NCBI GenBank assembly: GCA_043228905.1 | Contig: JBHGNT010000013.1 | Coordinates: forward strand, 15,376,001-15,440,000 | Source of the DNA: Azolla caroliniana | Lineage: Eukaryota > Plantae > Polypodiophyta | DNA: 64,000 nt | Reading direction: 5' to 3' | Shown here: positions 1 to 11,257 of the stretch, piece by piece | How the letters are laid out: each line of letters opens with the position of its first letter | Position numbering within the stretch: the stretch's first letter is position 1 | The notes under the pieces: model-generated | Database searches by the model: none | The model's input: only the letters and a program-made list of their open reading frames with translations | What the model was told of the DNA's origin: nothing | Position numbers and translations under genes: made by a program

Positions 1-2835
1 GTTGTCTTGAATGCATATTTGTGCTAAAAAGGCATGCATGCTTATGTACACTTGTCCACTAGTTCTAAGGTGATCTTCTCACAATTGATCTTGAGTGGCA
101 TGGTGTGCTTGTTAATAACTAGTTTTTTTATTTGGTCTTGAAGACATATTACGTTGTTATAGGCGTATGTTTTATTTAGGGTATGCTCAAGGCGATTGCT
201 TTGGTTTGGATAGCTACATTCTTGTCACGTCTAGTTCTTTCTACTTTGGGTTCCCAATATGTAGCATCAAAGTCATCATTTTGAGAGATCTCTAGTCTTA
301 TCCATGCCATAGGTTGGATCCTATCTCATAGATCACAATTGATCTCTTGTGATCTTAAAAAATGTCAATCTATTTATTCACATTGATCAATGTCATGGGT
401 TGGCTATGATGAAAACTTGCATTGGTATTTAGAGGAAGCCCAATGGATGGCTTGTCCTCATAATCATTTATATTTGTTCCATGACAATTGCTTGTGTTTG
501 GATAGATCTATATCTTTCGTTATCTACGACTTTCAATACTTCATCCGTCCTCCTTATTTTGGCCATTTTGTTGGTGTTTATATATTTGAGACTTTTCCAA
601 ATGAAAATTGTACATGATAGTGCACATTGTGAATATGAGAGAAATGTGTGTGGGGTTAGCTCATCGTTGAATATGTGGGAAAAGAAAATTCAAATAAAGT
701 GTATATAATGCCTGAAGCAAGAGCTTTGCCATCTCTCTCAAGTTGTGATATGCATGATGAAACTTGGTTTGATAAATATATATATTGTTGTTTTATTTCT
801 TGACACGTAGATCATTGCATTGATGAGAACCACATGGGATCAATTTCATTTACCTCTTAGATGTGATCATATTTGCAACTCATTATTTGTTCGGTTCTCT
901 ATTCCAAATTTATTAATAGAGGAACCATGTAAAGTTTGGTTATTGTAGCAAAACAATATATTCATTGTGCACACATGGCATTTTTATTTATTAAAGACAT
1001 AAATTGGGTGGTGGTGAATTGTGAGTTACATGCCACATTACCTTATTTGTACAAATGGTGTCATCATGCATTGGATGTAAAATGGTGATAGATCTAATGA
1101 AATCCTCGGGCATTGCCACGTGTATGCAACGTCGTCCAACGTTGACATCTCTTCTCACTAGATTAAGGTCACAAGGTAAAGTTAGAGAAATTTGATGACA
1201 ATAAAGAGAAACAAGAAAATTAGAAAGAAAAAGAATAAAAACAACTAAATAGAGTCATTATGAAATAGAGAAAAAAACAAATGATTGAAAAACATCAAAT
1301 TTCTTCTCTTAAGAAAGGGGAATTGAGCTTCCAAAAGGGAATATTCCAAATCACAAAAGAAGTGAGAATAGTAGAAAAAAGAGAAATAAAAAAAATAGGG
1401 TTCCGAGAGAGATTTGTGAAATTGGGAACTGTGTAAACTAATCCAATTTGGAGGAATGCTTTTGGCTATTTGTATTCCTTAATAATCTCCCTCCCCCCTC
1501 TCTCATAATCTTTGAATCTTGTGATTTAATGAACTTATAATTTGATAAAATTCATCAAATTTATGTAGTTAGAATTAATAACAAATCTAAATAACTTCAC
1601 TCGATTGCTAGAAATCCTAAATTCCATTGTTTGATGGGCAAATTGGGTGTGTTTCCATTCATAGGTTTTAAAGACTGTCATATTTAGTATGAGTAATGAA
1701 ACGCCTTGGGTTGTATGCGATAATTGTGAGCATTATGAACTTGGATAGTTCTTGTTCCCCTTTCAATGGGTCTTTACTTTGAAAGTTTAAGATTTACGTC
1801 CCCAACTGTAAAAGGTAGTGTTTGACTCCTTAGGTGTTGGGCTTCATGGAGTCCACAACATGTACTTAAGTCGAAAGGAAAATTGATTGGTGATTCTTGG
1901 AAGTGACTTTTATATGTACATTGTACACAAAATAGTTACATTTATCACAACTAAGTCTTACAACATCTTATATTGTTTAACCTTAAATATTCTAGCTTCT
2001 AGAAGAGGATTGTTAACATGGGTTTTTATATTGTTATGTAGTTTTAATACTTATATTACTGTTTCATGAGATATATAAATTTTATTATCGTCTTTAAAGG
2101 TTAAAAAAGGACCTTTAAGACAAAAAATATAACATTTTAATGTACATAAGAAAATGAATGACAACTCTCAATGTTCAATAATTTTACTTATAAACAACAC
2201 AATTGAGAGAAATTTGTACAAGGATTGGGTTTGATTGAAGATGAGTGGAATGAATAGTCAAATTTGATCAAAAGGAGAGCATTGTATCAAAGCTTGATAC
2301 TTAAACTCCCAAACTTTTTTAGGGAAAATGTGAACCGTCAACTAGTTGGATTAAATGTGATGACAACGAGAATGACTTTTAAAGTGTACTAGTGTTGTAG
2401 CTTACTCGTTTGGTTGACAAGATGGTTCTATTGTTAGATGCAATATATGTAGTTTATTGAACCTCCGCATTTTACCCATATTATCATATATTGGCATTGC
2501 AAAATGACCTCTTTCATAAATCTAGTTGTTGAATTTTGATGTATCATGAAGCACATGTGTTGTATCCCATCTTCCAAATCAATTTTCCACATCTTGCATT
2601 GAACCAAAACACACAAATTTCCTTTTATGTGCCTTTATATCTTTTTGCTTGTTTCCCATGAGATTACAGGAAGTCCATATGAGGGACTTTTTTGAACCTT
2701 AAGCATATATACTCATAAACTTTCCATGGCCATGATCTCAATGGAAAGTGATCCATTCTCAAAATAGATGAGTTTGTCTAGTGTTTGTTTCTTGATTTAT
2801 TTATTTTTTGTAACAAAAATTTGCTTTTATGATAT

Positions 2836-3104
2836 TGTGGTGTCCCTTGGATGCAAGTGCATGCCTTCATGTTGGGTGTGCATGTGTTCCTTTGTGCCCC
2901 TTTTAGCATACCCTTGTTTAGCATGCATGCCTTCATGCTATGGTGTATATGTGTTCCGTTGAGCCACCCTTTTAGCATACCCTTGTTAGGACGCATGTAG
3001 CTAAGTAAAGCCAACCCAAATGGGTACCATTGTACGACTATAAATTGAATAGGAAGTAAGAAGTTAAGCAAGCTGGTTTGGATTCCATTTATGTGCATTT
3101 CACA
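2836..3104 (+). repeat. 5' LTR (269 bp)
   Basis: Starts TG, ends CA. By manual alignment it differs from the 3' LTR by 9 substitutions and no indels (~96.7% identity). Contains an internal duplicated motif CCCTTTTAGCATACCCTTGTT. Confidence 0.96.
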
Positions 3105-3108
3105 TAAT

Positions 3109-3124
3109 TGGTGGAGAAGCGGCG
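3109..3124 (+). promoter_or_regulatory. Primer-binding site, probably tRNA-Ala
   Basis: TGGTGGAGAAGCGGCG lies 4 nt after the 5' LTR. It resembles the reverse complement of the plant tRNA-Ala 3' end (TGGTGGAGATGCGGGG, from memory) with 2 mismatches. Confidence 0.75.
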
Positions 3125-3152
3125 TAAAGTTTTAGCCACTATCACCTCGTTC

Positions 3153-4136
3153 ATGGCGTCCCAATTCCCTCCCGTCGTCGTTGAAGTCGATACCCCTATG
3201 CAATTTGAGTTACCGCAACCTCATGAGAGGCCACCCCCCTTCCAAATGGAGCAACTCCTACAAGTCCTCTCCAACGCCATGCTTCAAATCAGCCACACGA
3301 ACCAAACTATGCTCTCCTTCCTCTCCGCTACCAACGATCGGTCTCTAGATTGGCCAGATTCCAAGGTTTGCCCAAAGTCCTTCTTTGGCTTGCCCTCTGA
3401 GGATGTCTTAGCATGGTTGGATCACTTTGAGATGATCTCAAGTTACCACAGATGGTCTGACGAGCGCAAGGATTTGGAAGTTCGCACCTTGCTCGAAAAT
3501 GTCTCCACCACTTGGTACGTACAACAAGCCAGCAAAGTGATAGAGAACTGGGTGATCCTCTGGGATCTCCTCGTGCAAAACTTCGCCCATCAAAATTCGG
3601 CCCATACGGCATTGCAACAACTCGAGACGTTGCAACAACAAGCACACGAACCAGTAGGCCAATTTGGTGTTCGCCTAAATCAACTCCTCATCCATGCCGA
3701 TCCAACCATGCCCGAGCATCTCAAGCTTTTCTTCTTATGGCCCCGTCTGCGACTTGACACCATTCGTCGTGCCCTGGACCAAGGTCCCAAGACCTTCATT
3801 GATGCGATACTCATTGCCCAACACATCGAAGCTTGTACGCTATCTGACTCCCAACCACGATGGCCCCCTCCACCATCGACCGACTTGTGCGCGCAGTACT
3901 AAGGAGCGACCCCCATGGACATTGACGTCCAAAACGTGCAGATGCAGACTCGTTGAAACCTTCCTAATCGTGATGCGCAAGGATGCCCAAAGTGTTTCTA
4001 CTACCACAATTATGGACACGTCCGACGTTATTGCCGGAAATTGCAACAACAATCTCACAAGTAGCAAGCCTAGATAACCATGGCTGACGCAACATTGTTG
4101 GCTGAGCTTCCGGGAAACTCACTTCCGGGGTACTGA
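3153..4136 (+). pseudogene. gag: Retrotransposon gag, disrupted by nonsense codons
   Basis: Gag-like ORF (WLDHFE..., W..L...F). The same frame continues past TAA 3900 through PMDID and a degenerate zinc knuckle CFY(Y)HNYGHVRRYC to TGA at 4134-4136. Internal stops look like C>T changes of CAA/CGA/CAG. Confidence 0.9.
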
Positions 4137-4154
4137 TGGAAGAGCCAACCCCCC
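4112..4154 (+). promoter_or_regulatory. Putative programmed -1 ribosomal frameshift signal (slippery G GGA AAC plus stem-loop/pseudoknot)
   Basis: GGGAAAC at 4112-4118 is in X XXY YYZ register in the gag frame, and the -1 frame leads into the protease. CTTCC 4122-4126 can pair with GGAAG 4138-4142, and GGGGT 4127-4131 with ACCCC 4148-4152. Confidence 0.75.
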
Positions 4155-7100
4155 ACGTCCAAGCATCCGCCTCTTCTAGTTCATAGGTATGCACCGCTCT
4201 CGCCACCATTAATCACTCCACACACACCATCCTATTAGACTTTGGTAGTAGTATCTCTTCAATTAGCACCGCCTTAGTTCACCAATTAGGCCTCCCCACA
4301 ACCACCGCTCCTTCCATCCAAGTCCTTTTTGGTGATCACCAACATCTATACCACTTTCGCACACAAGCCCACTGCACCGTTACCTTAGGCACTCTCACAT
4401 TCTCACACCACTTTTATGTCTTGCCCCACCAACTCTTCCCCCTCACCTTAGGTTGCGATTGGCTCCTCAAGCGTCACACTATGATTGATTTCGATGCTCA
4501 CAAACTGATTGTCCCACGAGCTCCCCCTATCCCCCTCCTACACGATAGCCCCCATGTCCCCCACCTCAGCCAAGTCCAGGTGGCCCTCAGTCCAAAGGAG
4601 CGGTTAATCTCCGTCTGCCAATTGTTAGCTCGTTTTCTGTCACTAGCCCCCCAACCCACGCATGCCGCTACTGTCTCTTTCCTGGTACAACATGTCATTC
4701 ATACCGGGGACGTCGCTCCCATCCGCATGGCTACACACTGACGTTCCCCCCTCGACCACGATCGCATCGATGCTGCTGTCACCGATATGCTCACCAAAGG
4801 TATTATCATTCCTTCCACCAACGATTGGGTTTTGGAACCCCACCTCGTTGAGAAGGATGATGGCACCTTCGCTTCTGCATCGACTTTAGGCCTCTCAACA
4901 AAGTGACGATCCATGACCGCTACCCACTCCCTCGCGTGGACAACCTCTTGGACCAGCTCGGGGGCTCCTATTTATTTCACCTCCCTTGACTTGGCCTCAG
5001 GATATTGGCAAATCCCCTTAAAGCCGTCTGATGCCCACAAGAACACATTCCGCACACGACGCGGGCTGTTCCAATTCACCCGCATGCCGTTTGGCCTGTC
5101 TGATGCCGGTAGTACATTCCAACGCATGGCAAACTCCATCTTTGTCGGCCTTATCAGTAAAGGCGTCCTCCTCGTTAATCTCGACGACATCCTTATCTAC
5201 ACTACCACTTGGGAGGATCATCTACAAACTCTCGCTGAAGTCCTCACTTGCATAACTAAGCATAACTTGCAACTCCAATGGAAAAAGTGTCGATGGGGAA
5301 GCACCAACCTCCGTTTTCTCGGCTTCATCATCTTTGGCAATGGAATCTGTATGGACCCTGCAAAGGTAGTTGCCATCACCAACTACCTCCGCCCCACCTC
5401 AATAAAAACATTGCAATGTTTTTTGGGCATGATCACCTTTTCCCTTCGCTTCATCCCGAACCTCGCCTTGGTCACTTTCCCCCTTCGTCATCTCCTGAAG
5501 AAAGGTGTGTCATTCGTTTGGGATCTTGCTTACGAAGACAACTTTTGTCACTTCAAAACAATGGTCCAAGAATCAGGGTTGCTCGCCCATCCTAACTTTG
5601 ACCAACCGTTTACGTTGCAGACAGATGCCTCTAACCATGGGTTAGGAGCCGTCCTCCTGCAAACCGATTGCCACGGGCAAGAGAAGGTGGTCGCCTTCAT
5701 TAGCCGAACTCTCACGCCAACTGAACGGAACTACTCAACCACTGAGAAGGAACTACTTGCGATCGCCTGGTCTTTCCAACGTCTTCACCCATACCTTCAT
5801 GGCGGGCAGGTTACGGTTGAGATTGACCACCAACCCTTACTTTCTCTTATTCATTGCCCTCACCCCCTGGGCTGCTTGTTGCGATGGATGTTGGCACTTC
5901 AAGATTATCAGCTTACCCTCTCCTATTGAAAAGGTGTAACCAATTTGGTTGCCGATAGTCTCTCTCGCTCCGATTTCCAAGCTGTCCAATTTCTACCTGC
6001 GATGTCTGACCTTCCATTGCCACTACCAAAACTCGCTACACTTCAGCAACACGACCCCACCATCCGAGAGATAACCCATCAGTTGCGCTCTCTCCAACCA
6101 TTTCCCTCACAACGACAGTTCATGCTCTGCGATAACTTGGTGTTCTTCATTCAGGCGCATCACGAGCCGGGTCTCTACATCCCTCATGCCCTACAATAGA
6201 CGTATCTCCAATTTTATCATGACCACCCATTGTCGGGCCATCTGGGTTTCCACAGGGTTCTTGAAAAATTACGTCTCAAGTATTATTGGCCCAACATGTG
6301 ACACTCTGTCTCTACCTACATCAACCAATGTGCTTTGTGTCAACACATCAAACCCGAGAGCAAGGCCGCCAGAACGCTCCAACCCATCACCATCACATCG
6401 CCTTTCGAGCTCGTCAGATGGGATTTCATGGGACCTTTTCTCGAAACCCCCAGTGGCAACAAGTATATCCTGGTCATAATAGAATACCTCACCAGATGGG
6501 CTGAAACTGTTGCCATCCCTGACGTCACTGCGCCAACAATCGCATCCCAACTTTTGCACAAGGTAATTTTTGAGCATGGTTTCCCTGTCCAACTCTTATC
6601 TGATCAGGCCCGCCAGTTCCATGGGGGCGTCCTCAACGCGGTTGCAACTCAACTAGGTGTCCAGCAGGTGTTTACATCCCCGTACCATCCGCAAACAAAT
6701 GGCCACACCGAACGCCTCAACAAGACCCTCAAGCAAGAGATTGCCGCTTACATCGATCCATGCCACAAAACCTGGGATCAAATCTTGCCTTTCGTCACCC
6801 ACGCCTACAATACATCCGTTCAGGAGTCAACACGAATCAACACTTTTCGAGCACTCTATGGGCGTGACCCTCGGCTCCCACCAGAATCGTCCATTGACGT
6901 CCATTCCAAACCTACCAACATGGATGGCGCCACTTAGGGGCTCTATCTCCAACAACTGCTACCTCTCCTTCGACAAGCAAGCTCTTGAAACCTACAAGTC
7001 GCACAACAACACCAAAAGCGACACTACGACGTGGGTCGAATTACCCCGACTTATGATGATGGAACCAAAGTCCTTGTTTACTTCCCGGTCCGGTGGCGCG

Positions 7101-7243
7101 GTCTCTGCAAATCACTCATGCACCGATGGATCGGCCCATTCATCGTGGTTTGTGCAATCAAATCCACGACTTACTGGCTCCAACGCGATTCCAATGGTCG
7201 ATTCACCTCCGCCCATGTTGTCCGCATCAAGCCCATCTACTAG
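4112..7243 (+). pseudogene. pol: Retrotransposon pol (protease, RT, RNase H, integrase) with stops and frameshifts
   Basis: Protease ILLD(F)GSS near 4230. RT motifs [15 protein letters not shown] and NLDD (normally YLDD). RNase H motifs TDAS and YSTTEKELLAI. Integrase HHCC, D..GP, LLSDQ, YHPQTNG..ER, and C-terminal RWIGPF ...HVVRIKP. Confidence 0.95.
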
Positions 7244-7285
7244 CGCTCGTCCTTTCCCCATGTCGTTAAACTCCTTGTTTCTCTC

Positions 7286-7295
7286 AGGGGGGAAA
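7286..7295 (+). promoter_or_regulatory. Polypurine tract
   Basis: AGGGGGGAAA immediately upstream of the 3' LTR. Confidence 0.85.
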
Positions 7296-7564
7296 TGTGG
7301 TGTCCCTTGGATGCAAGTGCATGCCTTCATGTTGGGTGTGCATGTGTTCCTTTGTGCCCCTTTTAGCATACCCTTGTTTAGCATGCATGCCTTCCTGCTA
7401 TGGTGTACATGTGTTCCGTTGAACCACCCTTTTAGCATACCCTTGTTAGGCCGCATGTAGCTAAGTAAAGCCAACCCAAATGGGTACCTTTGTAGAACTA
7501 TGAATTGAATAGGAAGTAAGAAGCTAAGCAAGCTGGTTTGGATTCCATTTATGTGCATTTCACA
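7296..7564 (+). repeat. 3' LTR (269 bp)
   Basis: Direct repeat of 2836-3104, TG...CA, followed by the ATAT TSD. Confidence 0.96.
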
Positions 7565-7852
7565 ATATTTTCAAACTCTTTCCAAGTGGACTTAGAGAGA
7601 GGGAGACATATTCATGAGATTCATTTTTTGCAACAACATGTGAAGATTGTCTTCCACTTTTGTATTATTGGGGATGTCAGACCATTACAAATGCATTCAT
7701 CTTTGGATTCCCATTTGGGAGTGCATAATCATATAAGTTGATTGAGATTACCATCACCTATGCAACTCTCATTACGAAGGATGTTTCGACTCCTTTGTAT
7801 GGTATCGTCTCTTAGGTTTCTTTGTTGAACAACTAATCAATACCGTTAACAA

Positions 7853-7856
<4 letters not shown>

Positions 7857-7883
<27 letters not shown>
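7857..7883. repeat. (GA)n microsatellite
   Basis: Direct reading of the sequence. Similar GA/GT tracts occur at ~30960, ~31265, ~39475 and ~49150-49215. Confidence 0.95.
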
Positions 7884-8280
7884 GGTTTAGGGTATTGAGG
7901 AATTCAATGAGAAGAAATTGACATGCTAAGGCAATAAATGTAGATGAGGTTGACAATGATAATCATAATTGGGATAATTTATGGGGATGAAATGAAAATG
8001 CAACAAAAGAATGCATCCATGAGGATTTGCATGATGTGGAAGTTGATGCTAAGGCAGTTTTTGCAATCTTTTGATGTATTTTATGATCGTGCGACTATAT
8101 TATTTTTTACTAGGAAACTCTCGTACATAAATTGGATTAAACAATGGTTGAACACAATCGTGTCACTAAATTGTGTTGAGAATATTTATGCAGGACACAA
8201 GGGTTTTATGATGTAGTATTTTGTTCCCTTGAACATCGAAGTACATTGTTGGTCTTATCTGTGGGCCAAAAGGCACGAGG

Positions 8281-8781
8281 TGTGAAACAAACCTAAAGAG
8301 ACGAGTAGGTAAAGTAGGTGAAAAGGAGAAATGATCGAGTGTGAAGGAGTAGCTGAACGTAATATGTGCAACAGAGAATAGAGGCCGAAAATCAGAGGAG
8401 CGATTGGAAGCGCGTCAAGGGGATTCATAAGCTATATAAAGTGGGGAGCAACAACAAAATAGGAGGGGGGGGCGGGGATAAAGAGTTATAATTGTTATGC
8501 TAGAAAGAGAGGATTTTATATGTATGTCTGTTGTTGTAAGAAAGTGAATAGAAATTTCGGTCATGATTCGTGTAACCGATCTATAAAGTAATTCTATAAT
8601 ACATACTTTGTTTCGGGTCAAATTCCAATGTCCTTCAATATTCATTTGTACGGTTGGGTTCTATTCTTGTGCATAAATCGTAAGTCATAAGACCGGTTGT
8701 GGCCGGCCACTTCGTAACTTACCGGCTTGATCAACCCTATAATTCTCTCCTAAGTAACCACGACCTCTTGACCCGATTACA
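8281..8781 (+). mobile_element. Solo LTR (501 bp) of a different LTR-retrotransposon family
   Basis: Begins TGT and ends ACA. Flanked by the 5-bp direct repeat CGAGG (8276-8280, 8782-8786). Internal TATA-like CTATATAAAG near 8432. No similarity to the 269-bp LTRs. Confidence 0.8.
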
Positions 8782-8789
8782 CGAGGAAG

Positions 8790-10330
8790 TAATCGAAGGT
8801 GTATCTCCGAAAGAAGAGATAATAGTTGGATAAAGTTCCCATATTTTTTTATAAACGATTAGTGCATTTAATGCAACCCGTAGTGGACTATCATGCTTTG
8901 TTGAAACAAGAATGCCCAATTTGGGTGTCACTTAAAGGTTGTACACTGTATTATGGAACCCATGACATTATATTAGTTGCCATTGTTGCCATGGACAAAG
9001 AAGGCTTTGCATTATGTTTTGCAACCTCTTCGATATTTGTTGTGGAGGAAGAGGGATAAGATGGGAATCACATGGTTTGTGTGGAACCATCTACCAACCC
9101 AAAGCACTTGGGTGGAGGGGGGTTGTTGGGGGCTGAAATATTGGACTTATCTATCCGTATGATGAGTCATGGATTTTCATAATTACAAGACATGTGTTCA
9201 GACTCACAACCATGGATTTCTATTGTTCAATATTTCATTGAGAACAAGGGTTCAACACATGGGAGGACAACGATTAAGGCTTCATGGTGGCAAATTTGAA
9301 CAAATGTATTTCACTTAAGATTCCTAGCTCTTCATGTGTTCAACACTTCCTTATCTCATGGTGAGACACACTCTTGTTATGTGTATGGAAACCATCATCT
9401 AATACAGAGCATTGTAATTCATTGCAAAAAGAGTTACTTTTGCCTTTTCAGTTATTATGTTGGTATGGAAAGGAAAGATTGCGCTCTCAGTTTAATTGTT
9501 TGGGGCTCAAAGAGAGAGGATATATAGTTGAGGCTTCATCTCAACGAATTTTAGAGTTTGTTGAAGCGCGGCAAATTGTACACATCCCACCTAATTATGG
9601 GTTTATCTGGCAACAACTAAAAAATATTGCCTTGATGCAAGGTCCTTTACCTTTACAAATGAAAGAACAATTGTGGATTGATTGGTGTTTATGGGGTTAG
9701 ATATCATTTTTACAAGTGTCTACTAATATTTTGTGGCATTGCTCTGTTGAACCTCTTGGATAGCTATCATCTAAGGTTGAAGAAGAATGGAAAATACATA
9801 ACTCTAATCATGGATGGTGACAAATCTTAAAACATAGTTGGCATTCTAAATTGCCACTTGTAGCGAAGGTCTTCATTCGAAGACTTTTGATTGGGGGTTT
9901 GCCTTTGGGAGTTTCTCTAAAGTGACGTGGACTAGCAACAACACTTGATTCTTTTACACTATTTTAATGGAAATAATACTCATCATTTCATATAATTTCC
10001 GATTGCTTGTCATATTTGGAGTTATATTTCTCAAAATTGGCAAGTTCATGTTGTTATTTGATGCCTATACAATGGGTGTTTGTACAATTCACACACGTTG
10101 ACCAAAAATCAGAGATGGATATCATTTTCTTATTTTTTAGGCATTGGAGTTTGTATCATAATTGGGATATCCGCAATGCTTTTATATTTGATGGTAGGCA
10201 ATGGGGTCAAAGCATATCTATGAAAGTTGAAAGGAGTACTAATGTGACAATTTTCTTTATTGGAGCAAGAGGAAATTCTTTCCTCAGTGGAGTGTTTGTC
10301 TTTCCTATTGGCAATTCAACATGTTCCACT
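8790..10330 (+). mobile_element. Degenerate L1-type LINE ORF2 3' fragment
   Basis: Broken translations show LINE motifs: LLW...ITW..W..L..P...GG.G, then zf-RVT-like WHSKLPLVAKVFI.RLLIGGLP, then HNWDIRNAFIFD. Boundaries are approximate. Confidence 0.7.
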
Positions 10331-10457
10331 ACCCATGAAGTAAGTGGGTGACCATAATCCATTGTGGCATCCACTGTAAGTAGTGTTTTTCACACACATT
10401 TATTAATATAAGTCCATGTTTTCATTATAAGAGAGAAAGAAAGACGAAGAGCCTAAA

Positions 10458-10760
10458 TGGATGTAACTCAATTGGTAAGGTTGCCAATGGAGACAAGGAG
10501 GTCATGGGTTGAGACATGCGTTCAATCCCCATATTCCACATTGGCATCTAGTGATATTTGAAGTAATAGAGAAGTGAGAAAATTGGGGTTTGAAGGTTGC
10601 CCAATGGAGACAAGGAGGTCACGGGTTACATTCCACAGTGGCATCTAGTGAATTAAGAGATATATTTGAAATAATAGAGAAGTGAGAAAATTGGGGTTTT
10701 AACCCAAAATGTAGTGCAATTAGTGTAACAACTTACCACTACGGTAAGCTAATTACAATA
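10458..10760 (+). mobile_element. tRNA-derived SINE-like element (two partly duplicated units in tandem)
   Basis: Head GGATGTAACTCAATTGGTAAG (A-box-like) and GTTCAATCCC (B-box-like), body TTCCACAGTGGCATCTAGTGAATTAAGAGATAT, tail CTTACCACTACGGTAAGCTAATTAC. Inverted copies occur at 33458-34100. Confidence 0.72.
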
Positions 10761-11257
10761 ATAAAAAAAGATAGAGAGAGTCGATGGTGTAATCTAATGT
10801 CTTAATTTTGCCCCCACGGGCCACCACCCCTTTCACTCTAATGGACACCCTTGGCCAAATTGGAACATGAAACCTACAACCTTTATTGCAACAAACATTT
10901 GACTTTAACCAATTGAATCAAAGCTTGTTATCATCTCTTTAGTTTGCCGAACATGGTTATCAAAGCTTGTTAACCAATAGAATCAATGCTTGGGGAACAC
11001 TAGTTCTATAATGACATTTGTATAACATACTAATCAATACCACTAAGAGTTATGAGAGATAGATAGATAAATAGATAGATGTTGGGTTTCCATACCATGG
11101 CATGGTTTAAAATGTAGGGCATTTTTGCAAATTTGTGGAACTAGAGGCTCATTTCCATAACGCTGCAGTGTATGTATGTATCTTCTTTGAAACATATAGA
11201 ACGTGTTGATTCTATTTCCTCTCAGCAGAGAAACGTCTCCCCCCCTCTGCTCGCGCC

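Larger units (their letters stand above)
2836..7564 (+). mobile_element. Full-length but decayed Ty3/gypsy LTR retrotransposon (4729 bp; gag-PR-RT-RH-INT, no chromodomain or env seen)
   Basis: Two 269-bp direct repeats TGTGG...TCACA at 2836-3104 and 7296-7564. ATAT flanks both ends (2832-2835, 7565-7568). PBS follows the 5' LTR and a PPT precedes the 3' LTR. Pol domain order is PR-RT-RH-INT. Confidence 0.97.

Noticed and set aside
1-2830. Possible decayed Mutator/SWIM-type transposase fragments in the DNA the gypsy inserted into
   Set aside because: Only faint hints (a HKH-like stretch near 40-60, a GCCACGTG-containing stretch near 1115). Too degenerate to support without BLASTX.
2778-3098. 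106-aa and 148-aa minus-strand ORFs (also 7112-7558) with near-identical sequence
   Set aside because: They are antisense readings of the two LTR copies. Their similarity is explained by the LTR duplication and I see no protein motif.
6657-7460. 267-aa ORF overlapping integrase and the 3' LTR (possible env or extra ORF)
   Set aside because: It is an alternative frame of C-rich integrase sequence running into the LTR, with no signal peptide or env-like architecture.
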